Part shown: piece after piece, positions 21,108 through 32,583 of the stretch
Position numbering within the stretch: the first letter of the stretch is position 1
Layout: each line of letters opens with the position of its first letter
Assembly: GCA_026936335.1 (NCBI GenBank)
Contig: JAPMXV010000049.1
Coordinates: 310,001 to 374,000 of the forward strand
Length of the DNA stretch: 64,000 nt
Direction of reading: 5' to 3'
Origin: Mantamonas sphyraenae STR306
Taxonomy: Eukaryota; Protista; CRuMs
Position numbers and translations under genes: made by a program
The notes under the pieces: model-generated
Databases searched by the model: none
Seen by the model: only the letters and a program-made list of their open reading frames with translations
Told to the model about the DNA's origin: nothing

Positions 21108-22798
21108 GCGATGATGAGAGCGAGGGTGAGGATGACATCCACCTGCATGACCTTCCACATGAAATCCTGATGCAACACGTGTTTCGTGAGTACTTTGTGG
21201 ACGAGCTGCACGTCAAGACACAGCTGGCACGTGTGTGCAAACTGTGGGCATACTTCATGTCGGACGCGCTGATGTGGCCGGAGTTGGACCTGCGCAGGTT
21301 CGACGAAGCCCTGACAGACGAGCACCTCATCAGCTTGGGCCAGCAGTTTGACATGCGGCTTGTGCGCTGCGTGCGAATGAGCAACAGCAACAAGGTGAGC
21401 TCCACAGGCTTTGTTTCGCTGTTTGATGCCTACGAGGGTGCTCGCCTGCGCAGCGGTGGGTATGAAACATACAAATTGGCCCATCCAGAGTGGTTCCAGG
21501 AAGACCACGCCCCTGCGTCGTCCGCGGGAGTGGCCGGCAAACGCAAAACGCACGATTCGGACACCGAACCCGCCGTGGACGAGGACAATACACAGTGTCT
21601 GCCCTTGGAGACGCTGGATCTGCGCAACTGCAACAAGCTGATGGACCAAATCTTTGTGGGCTTTGTACGGGAGCGGTGCACAAGGTTGCGGGTGCTCGAC
21701 CTGAGCCACTGGAACGTGGACGACGACTCACTGATGGCAATGGTGCAAGGATTAGGTGCACTGGAGGAAGTGCGTCTGGTCAAGTGCCACTATCTGACCA
21801 ACGAGAGCCTGATTGTGCTGCTGCAAAGCTGCCCCGAGCTGCGGGAGCTGCAACTGGCGCCGAACAAGAACATTAGCTATCGGGGCCTGGTTGCCGTACG
21901 CAACTGCACCAAACTCCAACGAGTCAATTTTGCGCGCTGTCGACGCATTGAGAATCGTGCAGTGATGGAGGTGGCCGAAAGCTGTGGTCCTGCGCTGGAG
22001 GAGCTGGACCTCACCGCGTGCAACATTTCCAGCAAGTGTCTCTTCCGACTGGCAGGCTACAGTGGCTCGCTGGTCAAGCTGGTGCTGAGTGGCTGTTCGA
22101 CCATCGACGACCAGGGAGTTGGGGCGGTCTTCAAGGCCAATCCCGGGTTGCAACGCGTCGACATGGCAGATTGCATGGACATCACTGACACAGCCGTCAG
22201 CCTTCTGGCCATGGCTTGTGGTTCATCGTTGCAGTGGTTGAATGTGTCTCGCTCCACAGGGGTGACGGACGTGGGGCTGGAGGCACTTGGAAAGCACTGC
22301 AACTCACTACGCTTCCTCTCTGTCTCTGGGTGCTATCTCGTGTCCTCGTACGGCCTGGAGCAGTTGAGTATGGGCACACCCGAGCTGGAAACTCTGATGC
22401 TGGCCAGTTGCTCGCGTGTGGATGACAAAGGATTGCTGGCCGTCGCACAACACTGTCCTGCCCTGCACACCCTCGACATTCAATTGGTGAACCGCGTAAC
22501 CGACGAGGCCTTGGAAGCACTTGGCGAATGTTCACACGCCCTGCGTTATCTCGACGTGCGCTGTGCTCCAGGTGTCACGGATGCAGGCGTGGGGGCGTTG
22601 GCAGTTGGCTGCGGCGCATCTTTGCAGACCCTGGTGCTTATCAGCTGTACAGGAGTCACCGACGCTGCGCTGGAGGTGCTGGGAGAGTGTTGCGGCAGTC
22701 TCAAGCACTTGGAGGTGTACGGGGCGACCACAACACGGCTAGGACGTGAACGCATCGCCGAAAAGCTGGGTGTCGTCGTGGGTACAGAGACCGTGTAG
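21104..22798 (+). CDS. F-box/leucine-rich repeat protein (FBXL type)
   Basis: F-box LHDLPHEILMQHVF..LARVCKLW followed by many cysteine-containing LRRs (L..L.L..C..VTD.GL). The ATG overlaps the upstream TGA. Confidence 0.9.
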   Translation: MSDDESEGEDDIHLHDLPHEILMQHVFREYFVDELHVKTQLARVCKLWAYFMSDALMWPELDLRRFDEALTDEHLISLGQQFDMRLVRCVRMSNSNKVSSTGFVSLFDAYEGARLRSGGYETYKLAHPEWFQEDHAPASSAGVAGKRKTHDSDTEPAVDEDNTQCLPLETLDLRNCNKLMDQIFVGFVRERCTRLRVLDLSHWNVDDDSLMAMVQGLGALEEVRLVKCHYLTNESLIVLLQSCPELRELQLAPNKNISYRGLVAVRNCTKLQRVNFARCRRIENRAVMEVAESCGPALEELDLTACNISSKCLFRLAGYSGSLVKLVLSGCSTIDDQGVGAVFKANPGLQRVDMADCMDITDTAVSLLAMACGSSLQWLNVSRSTGVTDVGLEALGKHCNSLRFLSVSGCYLVSSYGLEQLSMGTPELETLMLASCSRVDDKGLLAVAQHCPALHTLDIQLVNRVTDEALEALGECSHALRYLDVRCAPGVTDAGVGALAVGCGASLQTLVLISCTGVTDAALEVLGECCGSLKHLEVYGATTTRLGRERIAEKLGVVVGTETV

Positions 22799-22849
22799 CT
22801 CAAGGTGCAAACGAATGTGTTGCAGTTGTGTTTGTGAGTGTGAATAGCT

Positions 22850-23761
22850 TTACTTGGAGTGAAATGCAAGCCAGGAGCCGTACATGGTGAGTAGATCTGC
22901 CTGCTTCGTGGCAGCGACGCCATCCCAGGCTTCCAAACCCTGCTTCTGTCCCTTTTGGGCGACGGATACCCATGCATTGATTTTACTCTCCGTGCTGATG
23001 CCCATGTTGACCACTGTGGACACAGACAGTCCGTGCTGGAGGACGAGAGCGGCAGCGAGCAAAGCCTTGTTCTTTTTGAGCCTGTGGGGGACAACGGTCC
23101 AGCGCAGCGGCGCCATGACAAAGTCAAACCGATGTTCCAGCCTTCTTTTGAGGGTGAGTCCCACGCGAGGCGAGCCCCACAAGCGTGTGGACGAGTCAGG
23201 AGGGGAACAAGGTTGCAGCTGCAGGAGCCCCGTGTCCGTGCATGACCAGCTGAACGAAGGATCTTCCACAAGCTCAGCAATGGATCCCTTTCCGCATTCA
23301 GACAAGATTCTGTCGACAACTTTGCACGGGCCTTCCACGACTTGGTCTGTGGCCGTGTTGCGAATTGAACGCAGAAGCAGGCCAAACACGACTCCTGATC
23401 GTCCTAGTGCAATGTCGAGTCCCTTTATAGGTGCCTCCTTTCCATCCCTTTCCATTCTGTCGGTGAAAGTACCAGCGAGGTGTGTTTCCTGCTCCGGGTC
23501 GCCGTGGGCAAACGGATCCGGGTGTTCCGGCGCCTTCAAGTAGGCTTCAACCTCCACACACTGCCAAGGGGAGCCACCCACAATGAGATTATGGTTATGC
23601 ATCACTGCAGAAGCGATGCTTTCCAACTGCTCACCGATTCGACCTGAGACGTCGACCACAAGCGAGTCGAGCGCATCGTCATCTACACGCTGGCGTTTCG
23701 ACGTCTCCCCTTCCAGATCGTCATCCAGGCTGCTCTCATACTCTCTGTCCCGCTTGCTCAT
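22850..23761 (-). CDS. 3-methyladenine DNA glycosylase (MPG/AAG)-like protein
   Basis: VEVEAYL..HPDPFAH, GLDIALG, GLLLRSI, EGPCKVVDRIL and SPRVGL motifs. The expected WYFHR..GGTYKG segment is present in the -1 frame at ~23420-23485. Confidence 0.7.
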   Translation of the reverse strand: MSKRDREYESSLDDDLEGETSKRQRVDDDALDSLVVDVSGRIGEQLESIASAVMHNHNLIVGGSPWQCVEVEAYLKAPEHPDPFAHGDPEQETHLAGTFTDRMERDGKEAPIKGLDIALGRSGVVFGLLLRSIRNTATDQVVEGPCKVVDRILSECGKGSIAELVEDPSFSWSCTDTGLLQLQPCSPPDSSTRLWGSPRVGLTLKRRLEHRFDFVMAPLRWTVVPHRLKKNKALLAAALVLQHGLSVSTVVNMGISTESKINAWVSVAQKGQKQGLEAWDGVAATKQADLLTMYGSWLAFHSK

Positions 23762-23845
23762 TGGCCGAGGAAGGGCGGCGGCGAAGGATTGCACTGGTGT
23801 CGCGAGCGGAGCATGCGCGGTAGCCGAACCAAACCCCAACACGGC

Positions 23846-26800
23846 ATGTCAAGCAACAATCCAAGCAGCAACATCAACAGTAGCAGCAGCAACAGCAGTG
23901 ACTCTGCAGTGAACGTGGCCATCCGAGTGAGGCCGCTCAACTCGAGGGAGCTTGAGCAAGGGCAGGAGACCGCGTGGAACGCCGACGAGCACAGCTTGTC
24001 GCTTGTCGCACAGCAGCACATCTCGTACACGTTTGACCACGTGTTCAGCAACGCCACCAACGAACAGGTGTACAACCGCATTGCACGCGAGGTTGTCATG
24101 TCCAGTCTGGATGGCATCAACGGTAGGTGGAAGCATTGCGGTGACGTTTTCGCGCCACTTTTTGAATTACGGGCAACGGCAACGCGTCACGCTCAGAAAA
24201 CGCGCTGACACTGCAGCACGCCACACTCGAATCACAGGCACCATCTTTGCGTACGGTCAACTGGCACGGGTAAAACATACACCATGCGAGGCATTGATGA
24301 CGACCTGGGAGTGATCCCACTGTCGATCAAGGAGATCTTCCGGTACATCGAGGAACAGCCGTCGCGCGAGTTTCTCCTCCGCGTGTCGTACATCGAAATC
24401 TACAACGAGAACATCCGGGATCTGCTGAACCCGAAGAAAGGGCGCAACCTGAAAGTACACGAGAACGCCAAGCAAGGCATCTTTGTGGGTGGCCTGCACG
24501 AAAAGATTGTGGTGTCGGCAAAGCAGATGCTGCAGATCATGGAAGACGGCGAGCAGAACCGCAGCGTGGGCAGCACCAACATGAACGCAGACAGCAGTCG
24601 GTCACACTCCATCTTTCGGGTGGTCATCGAATCTCGCGAGACTGGAGATGAGGGCGCAGGAAGCGCGAGTGGAACTCGCACCTCGTTTGATGGCGACGAC
24701 ATGGCCGTCAAGGTGTCGTCGCTCAACCTGGTCGATCTTGCCGGTTCAGAGCGAGCAGCGTACACGGGTGCCAAGGGCATCCGACTGAAGGAGGGCTCGC
24801 ACATCAACAAGAGCCTGCTGACGCTGGGCACCGTGATCGGCAAGCTTAGCGAGAACACGAGCGCACACATTCCGTACCGTGACTCGAAGTTGACGCGCAT
24901 TTTGCAGCCAGCGCTGGGCGGGAACGCACGCACGGCCATTGTGTGTACGGTGACGGCGGCGCAGATGCACAGCGACGAAACACTCAGCACACTCAAGTTT
25001 GCCAGCCGAGCGAAGCGCATGAAGAACAAGCCGATTGTGAACGAGGTGCTGACGGACCAGGCCATGCTCAAGCGCTACCAGAAGCAGATTGCCAGTTTGC
25101 AGGCACAGCTGGAAGCGGTGAAAGATGGCGAGCAGGAAGAAAAAATCGACCGCTTGACTCAACTGCTGGTGTCATCGGGTCGCACCCGTAAGCCACGACG
25201 CCGCAAGCATGGCAAGTCGTCACGTACGAGCAACCGTCGTGAAACGTGGTGCCCGGGCGAACAGGGCATGTCCGACGAGCCGTGGAGTGGCGACGAGTTG
25301 GATGACGAGCTGGACGATGACGAGGCGGAAGACACCATTGATTTGGAGCGAGAGTTTGATCAACTGCGTTTGGACTCGTCCGTGTCGTCGTCGGCATCGT
25401 CGTCTGCGGGTGGCGTGTCTGGCCGGCGTTCCGTGGTCCAGCCTCTGCCGCAGGAGGTGGCCAGCGCGATTGAGAAGCGCGTGGGTGCCATCGCAGCATT
25501 GGAAAACACCGAACTGGTGGCAACCAAGGAGGAGCTGGAGCAGATGCGCGTGGTGAATGGGGAGCTGGAACAGGCCCTGGAGCTGTTCAAGGAGAGTGGC
25601 ATGGAAGAGGAGCTGACGGAGGAAAACGCGGCGCTGATGAATGAGCTGGAGCAAGCCATGAGCGAGAACGCAGGGCTGCGCGAACAGGTGGAAGACCTGA
25701 GCGAAGTCAACGAGACTCTGGAAAAGGAGAACGAGTCGATGGAGGGCGAATTGAGCCGTTTGACGGAGGAGAGCCGCGCTTTCAAGCAGCAGGCACGCTC
25801 TGCACAGGAGCAGTTGGACTTTGTGGCCAAGCAGCTGAAGGAACAGGAAGACAAGGCCTCAGAGGAGGTGAAGGCTGTCCAAGAAAAGCTGTCGGCCGAG
25901 CTGGAGGAGCTGCGCACGGATTTGGAAACGAAAAAGACGGCGATGAACGCAATGAGCAGTCAAATCGCGTCGAACGAGGCCGAGAAGCAGCGCGTGAAGC
26001 AGTTGGAGGAAGCAGCGGCTGCTGCCGAGGCACAGCTGGCTCAAACACAGAGCGAGTGGAGCGCAAAGGAGACAGAGTGGCAAGAAGAAAAGGCCGCACT
26101 GGAAGCAGAGGTGCAAGGTGCACGTGAAAAGGAGGCCGACTTGATGAACGAGGTGGCGGAGCTGAAGCAGGCGCTGGAGCAGGCGCAGGCGGCGGCAGCG
26201 TCACAGCCGAGCCGTCGCAGCACGCGCAACAGCAACAGTGGCAGCGGTAGCAATGACAAGCAGCTGCACCTGACTCTGAAGGAGCTGGACAAGGTGAAGG
26301 AAGAGCTGGATCTGACCAAGGCGAAGCTGAAGCAAGCCAAGAAGGACAAGAACAGTGTGATCAGCGAAACGGCGCAGAGCAAGCGTGAGGCCGACAAATT
26401 GCGCACACAGAACAAGCATTTTGAGGCGGAGCTGACCAAGTTGAAGGAGAGTTCTGCGGGACACGACAAGAAGGTGAAGGAGGCTCAGGCGAGCTTGAGT
26501 GAGAGCGAAAAGAAGAACGAGCAGTTGCAAAAGCAGGTGGATCGCTACGAGCAGGAGCTGAGCGAGAGCAGCGGACGCATTGCGGGACTGCAGGAAGAGT
26601 TGGATGGCAAGGCGAGTGAATTGGCAAGCATGGCCAAGGAGGCGGAGGCGCAGGAGGAGGCGTTGGCGGACAAGGTGAGCGCCCTGGAGGGCAAGCAGGC
26701 TGAGGTGGTGTCACTGACGGGCGAATTGAACAGTGTCAAGGAGAGTCTGGCGGCGATGGAGACGCAGCTGGCGGAGGCACAGGCTCGTGTGAGCGAGCTG

Positions 26801-27808
26801 GAAGCCAGCGTGGAGGCGAGCGACGCAAAGACACAGGAGGTGGCCTCGGAGCTGGAAGGTGCGCAGGCACGTGTGAAGGAGCTTGAGGCCGAGGTGGAAG
26901 CGAGCAAGGCTGCCAAGGCGAGCGTGGAGGAAGCGCTGGCCGGAGCAGAGACGCGGGCGAGCGAGTTGCAGGAAGAGGTGGACGAACAGACGGTGGCAGC
27001 CGAGCTTCAGGCACAAACAGTGGAACAGGTGACGGCCCAGCTTGCAGCGACGCGCACCAACCTGGAGGAAGCACTTGCGGCGGAGAAGGCTGCGCACGCC
27101 TCGACGACCGCGGCATTGGATGCGACGCGGAAGGAGATGGCGGCGGAGGCGGAGGCGATGGCCGCAAAGGTGGCCAAGTTGGAGGCAGAGGTGGAAGAGA
27201 ACCGGGCAGAGGTGCAGCGGGTGCAGGAAATGGCGCAGACTGAAGTGCTGCGGTTTGAGGAGGAGGAGGAGCTGCGCATGCAGAGCAGTGAGGCGTACGA
27301 AAACAAGCTGGAGGAGTTGCACGAGAAGCTGGATCAGGCGCACAGCATGATGAGCGAGGCGAACCGCAGGCGAGAGGAGAGCATCGCGGAAGCGAACGAA
27401 CTGCGTGCAAACAACGCAGAGCTGAAGGACGCGCTGCGTGAGCTGACACAAGCTACGGAAGAGAACAACACGGTGAAAGAGCTGGAGGCGATTGTGGAGA
27501 TGCAAGAGGCGCATCTGAAGATGCAAACGGAGCAGCACGAAAAGGCGCTCAAGTCGACGAAGCACACGTACAAGCGACAGTACGAAGCCAAGAAGAAGTC
27601 GATGATGGAAGAGTACGAAAAGGTGAAGGCCATGTATGTTGATGCGGCGAAGAAGCTAAAGGTGGTGGAGCGCGAGCGGGATGCGCAGTGTCGGGTGGTT
27701 GTCAAGATGCAGGGAATGCTCAAGAAGAACGGGGTCAGCCTGGGCGATGCTTTCGGACTGAGTTTGGAGGAAGAAGGAGAGGAGGAGAACGCAGGCGTGA
27801 ATGTGTGA
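23846..27808 (+). CDS. CENPE: Kinesin-7 (CENP-E-like) motor with a long coiled coil
   Basis: VAIRVRP, NADSSRSH, LVDLAGSER and HIPYRDSKLTRILQ motifs, plus the post-motor RRETWCPG motif typical of kinesin-7. Intron 24123-24237. The P-loop GQTGTGKT is restored by adding one A at ~24260. Confidence 0.85.
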
Positions 27809-27841
27809 GAATGGCAACAATTGAAGGAATGGATGGATGGA

Positions 27842-28667
27842 TCACGGATCGAGCAGCTTGTTGTTTTCCGACATTGCCTGTCGTTCCTGCGGGCTCTTGC
27901 GTCCGTAATGCAGCCAGTGGAGGATCCAGTAGAGGACCACGGCCTTGGCAGCGTCGACCAGAAGTGAAGAGGCGAGAGAGACGCCCCACGGGACAAAGGC
28001 CTCGGAACCGCCGCCAAAGTGGATGGCAGCATCGTCCAGGGCGTTGATGGCTAGGACGGCAAAGGCAATGCTTGCAGCCAAGATGGAAGCCGCCGAGAAC
28101 TTGCCTGCTGTGGTCCAGACGGCAGGGTGGTTTCGGAATGACTCGGTGTGGCGCAGGCATGTACACGCGGCGAGGTGCTGCATGGCCACACCGATGACGA
28201 TGATGGTCACTGAGCCAGCAATGTTGAGCTGTTGCTGGACAGTGGCCAGGTAGCCCTTGGTGAAGCTTGTCTCTGAGGAGCAATCTGCAGAGATGGAGCG
28301 ATGGGACTCGTTGTGCCATGTCTCGCGGAAGCGTGAGCAGCGCTGTGGTGTTGAGTTTGAGGTCGCCGCACTTTTCGTTGAACTGCTCTTCGGAATAATT
28401 AAAGGCAATGGCGAGAAACATGGCAATGAGGGCGAGGTTGATGATGGCGCTGGTGATGTACAGGGTGGCGCGCCAGCCGTGGCCAAAGGTTGCGTCTTCA
28501 GCGTGCTGATCAACAAAGAAAATGCGCAAGACGCCGTGGTTGAACTGGACATAGTGTTTGCATTGTGACCAGGTGCCCTGATCGATGTTGCGTGGTGGTG
28601 GTTTGTCGCTGCCGCAGGCCATCCCCCGGCGAGAAAAGAACACACGCTGTTGGTGGGGACGGCGCAT
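27842..28667 (-). CDS. Hypothetical multi-pass membrane protein (frame break at ~28356)
   Basis: ORF from 28667 (MRRPHQ..NHGVLRIFF..ITSAIINLALIAMFLAIAF) continues in the +1 frame (..IAGSVTIIVIGVAM..ILAASIAFAVLAI..VVLYWILHWL) to the stop at 27842. About 4-5 TM helices. Confidence 0.6.
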
Positions 28668-28709
28668 CGTCGTCGTGGTGTCGTGGTGGAGAGGCTCCAG
28701 AAAGGAGCT

Positions 28710-30672
28710 CTAGCAGTGTCGCCTGGCTTCCTTGATGAGTTCCTTCTTGTTGTTCTCGTCGTCGACAAAGCACTGGGCGGCGTGGGCTCGCCAGTCGAGG
28801 AGGAAATGGTAGCAGGGTTGCGAGTTCCACTGGCGCACACAGGTGGTGCGCTCAAAGCTAAACAGGGGAATGTTCTCGTAAAGGGCTCCCTTCTGTTCGG
28901 GCGTAGGCCATTGGAACGGGGTGTCGTTGACCTCGGTGACGACCTTGCTGAGCATGGAGTTGTAGGCCACGGCCACGTAACCAAAGGTGGACCAGTTGGA
29001 AGTGATCATGTCGTCGCACTCGGCAAGGAGCAGCATGTCGACCCAACCGTAGACGTGCCTGTCTGCATGGCCGGTCCTGCTCTTGAAGGCGTCCTCGACA
29101 AAGATGACTTTGTCGCGACCGAGAGCTTCCACGGCACGCTTGCGGGTGCCCTCATTGTCTGCAGCGATGAAGTACTTTGTGTCTTTGGCCGGATACTTGT
29201 CCTCCTTTTCGATGTCGCCTGCACAGTTGAAAAATACACGCTCCCAGGCGCGGCTCTTTTCGAAGGCATCGGCTCCTCCCTCGTTGTGGATGTCCATGCG
29301 CATCTGCAGGCCGATGATGTACTTGGCAGAGCTGAACTGATCCTTGATAAAGTCCTCCACAATCTTCTTGACACGCGCGCTGGGCTTCATGAGGAAGCGA
29401 GCCATCGGCCCGAACGGATCGTCGCCAAACACCTTGCGCAGCTTCTCCCGGTACACCGGGTTGCGCTGGATGGCAGTGCCCATGTAATTGTTGGTGGAAA
29501 ACGCAATCACATCTTCGGTAAACGCCTGATTGTAGTCTTTGCACAGGAGATCGTCCAAGGGGATCGAGCTGGGCGACTTGTCCATGGGCGAGTTCTTGTG
29601 CGAGTATGCCTTCTGCGACCCAGTCGGAGTGGCGGACAGCTTCATGCCCGTGTCCTCAAACACATCGTTCAGAGGCACCATGCTGCCCGAGTAGGCAAAG
29701 TCTGCGATCAGAGCGCTGTGTCCCCACGTGAGAGGTTGGTACGTGTTAGGCAGCGGACGGATGTGGAGATGGGTCCTTTGTGTGTGCATGTGTGTGTGTG
29801 TGTGCTTGTGTGTACGATGGCAGGGAAGGGAAATGCGGGATGGATGTGGGGAGGATCAAGGTGAAATGTGCGGGGGGCCGAAACCCCGGCGGTTTTGCCA
29901 GCGTACCGATCGGTGACAAGAGCAAACAGAAAGACTCCCATCATGCCCATGACACGGTTGCCAAAGCCTGCGTTGGGTCGTGCGACAGCGTATCGTGGAG
30001 GGCGCTTGCCGGCTGTGGGGGCACAGGTTTGCGGGGATGGTTTGGAAAGGCGAAAGTGTGTGAGCCACACGCACACAGGTCCACACATCCACACAGAAGG
30101 TTGCACATACATGTGATCTCGTTGTGAATGCGCTTGTAGCGAGCAAACATCTTTTCTTGCAGCTCTTTGTCGCCGGTGTCCTTGTAGGTGCGGCCGACTC
30201 GGATGCCGCCCTTCTTGCGGTAGTAGCGCATGCCTGCCGTGGTCTGTGGCACCGCGTTGGGGTGAGGAAAGGGCTTGGTGTCCATGTCATCGAGCTCTTC
30301 GTCCGAAGCCGAGGCGTCGTCGTCGTCGCTGCTGGAGGTGGATGTCGTCTGTGTGCTCGTGGAGGTCTTCTTCGTGGCAGCCGAGTCGTCGTTGTCGGAA
30401 GCCTCGGCCTCGCTGTCCACGTCGACTGTGTCTAGCCTGCTGACGGGCGTCTTTCGCAGGGGAGTGTTACCCTTGCGAGGCTGGGTTGCGTCATCGTCAC
30501 TGTGTGCGTCGGTGAGGTCGTCGATGGTCTGATCGGTGGCAAAGGAGGGCTCCCCGCGATCCGATCGGCCGGGCGATGGCCTCGGCGCGGTGTCCATGAG
30601 AAAGTTGACGTGGGACAGGAACCACAGCAGCAGCGTGCCCGCAAACAGGAGGATGAGCACCTTGCGCTGCAT
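28710..30672 (-). CDS. GT-B fucosyltransferase-like type II Golgi protein (xyloglucan fucosyltransferase/GT37-like)
   Basis: N-terminal TM and acidic stem. Motifs AGFGNR, ALVTDR|ALIADF, IGLQMR and DMLLLAECDDMITSNWSTFGYVA. Introns 30013-30110 and 29716-29906. Confidence 0.8.
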
Positions 30673-30780
30673 GTGGACGACAGGGGGGGGGTGTTGTTTG
30701 TGAGTGTGTGTGAGTGTGTTGGCAGCACCGTCGCGTTTGCCAACCCAACTTTTTCACTCACTCAGCATCAGCACACGGCC

Positions 30781-32577
30781 ATGGACACTTCGTGGGCGGG
30801 CGTGCAGCAAACCCGCAGCAAGTTTCGTCGGCAACAATTTGAATTGGCGCAATCGAGTGCCGCTGCGGGTGCGACGGGAGAAGGGACAACGGGCGACGGC
30901 GGCGGCGTTGCAACGTCTTCCGCGCCGTCGAGTCCGGGGCGACGGGTGCGCATCAAGGTGGAGACGCAGGACTCGTCAACGTCTCCCAAGGACGAAGGGG
31001 CACAGGTTCCACAGGATTACAGGCGTGGGATGAGTGCATACAGGCGCACAAAGCTGCTGTATTGGCAAGGCCGTGGCGTGGCGTGGAACGAACACTGGCA
31101 GAGCAAACCGCGCTCTGAACGCATGGTGATCATCATGGAGGAGCACTACGCGGTGGCAGCAATGCACCTGGCAGCCATCGAGATCCAACGCATGGTTCGG
31201 GGCACGCTGACTCGCAAGTACATGCGGTACGTGCTGAGCAACCGGGCGGAACACGGCGAGCACATCCCGTTGGCGTACCACGAACACACAGAGATGATGG
31301 CACGCAACAAACACATGAGCGAACACGACGCACGTGTGTCGCTGCTCTCCAAGTTCCTTGACGAGACCACACAGCCACGGGAACAGAGTGTGAGCGAAAA
31401 GTTTCAGGGCGGAGAGGCGTTTCTGCACCTGACGCGTACCATCGGCTTCCGCGACTGGTGTGCCACCAAGATCCAAAGCGTGTGGCGTATGTACATTCAC
31501 GTGCGGCCCTTTGAGCTGCTGCGGTACCCGCAGTATGCGCGTGCGGCCGTAGCCATTCAACGCCGCTGGCGTGCCTTTTACAAGACACACAACTATCCGT
31601 CGGTGATCCACCATCGTTCGGCCAGTCGCATTCAAAATGCCTGGCTGGGCTACACTTACCGCAAGGTGTTCTATTATTTCCGCAATCTGGTGCGATTCCG
31701 CGATCGTGGCAACCCGCAGGTCATGCTTCGCACCATCAACCCGCTGGAGGCACAGTTGTTTGACAAGGCCATGGGTGTGCACGTACGCTTCCGTTTAGGC
31801 GGGGCCGAATTCCCACCCAAGCTCTACTACAAGGTGTTCACCCACAATCCTCTGGTGGACATGAATTCGTTCTCGCCGCGAGACTACACGCAAGTGCAGC
31901 AGACCGCGCCCATTGCGCTGCACAACAAGGTGGCTGTGCAACAGGCAGTGAAGGAGAGCAGCAACGGAGACTGGTACAAGAGGGTGGAGAACAATTCCTG
32001 GCGGCTGGTGTCGTCGAGCATCCTGGAAGACGAGCAGTTCAAAGCAGAGCAGGTGCGTCTGGAAGCGGCGTCGAAGAAGTGGGTGCCCTTCCATCACGAC
32101 AAGCAGGTGCGGCGGCAGGAGGTGGAGCTGCGCAAGAAGCGCAAGAAACGGGAGTGGCTGATGAAGATGTACAAACAGGGCCTGGAGAACGAACAGAAGC
32201 AGAAGTTGGAGGCTGGCAAAAGCGTGCGTCGTGGAGGGCGCCCGGGAACCTCGGAGGCGGCGGCTGCCGCGTTGGATAGCAGCGTGGAGCTGAACGAAGA
32301 CATTTTCGACACGAGTTTCTTTGAAGACGACGCCGAGAACATCCTGGAGTGGAGCGAGAACCTGGACTTTGAGAAGTATCAGGAGCAGTGGATGGCATTG
32401 GCCACGACCAACCGGCTGGATGAGTACGATCTGGACATGCAGCGGGAGAACGAGCTGCAGGAGACGCTGTACGGCGAGGAGCTGTACGAGGACGACGAGT
32501 ACATCTTTGACGGCTTTGAAGTGGACGACCACTACCTGTTGGCCAGCGAGGCGTATGAGGAGGACGTGTATCTGTGA
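30781..32577 (+). CDS. IQ-motif protein with a C11orf65/MFI-like domain
   Basis: IQ motifs (IQRMVRG, IQSVWR, IQRRWR, IQNAW). VRFRLGGAEFPPKLYYKVFTH..SPRDY and WYKRVENNSWR match C11orf65/MFI as I recall it. Confidence 0.8.
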   Translation: MDTSWAGVQQTRSKFRRQQFELAQSSAAAGATGEGTTGDGGGVATSSAPSSPGRRVRIKVETQDSSTSPKDEGAQVPQDYRRGMSAYRRTKLLYWQGRGVAWNEHWQSKPRSERMVIIMEEHYAVAAMHLAAIEIQRMVRGTLTRKYMRYVLSNRAEHGEHIPLAYHEHTEMMARNKHMSEHDARVSLLSKFLDETTQPREQSVSEKFQGGEAFLHLTRTIGFRDWCATKIQSVWRMYIHVRPFELLRYPQYARAAVAIQRRWRAFYKTHNYPSVIHHRSASRIQNAWLGYTYRKVFYYFRNLVRFRDRGNPQVMLRTINPLEAQLFDKAMGVHVRFRLGGAEFPPKLYYKVFTHNPLVDMNSFSPRDYTQVQQTAPIALHNKVAVQQAVKESSNGDWYKRVENNSWRLVSSSILEDEQFKAEQVRLEAASKKWVPFHHDKQVRRQEVELRKKRKKREWLMKMYKQGLENEQKQKLEAGKSVRRGGRPGTSEAAAAALDSSVELNEDIFDTSFFEDDAENILEWSENLDFEKYQEQWMALATTNRLDEYDLDMQRENELQETLYGEELYEDDEYIFDGFEVDDHYLLASEAYEEDVYL

Positions 32578-32583
32578 TGTGAG

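Noticed and set aside
25360-27565. Long minus-strand ORFs over the kinesin tail
   Set aside because: Antisense artefacts of a Glu/Ala-rich coiled coil in GC-rich DNA.
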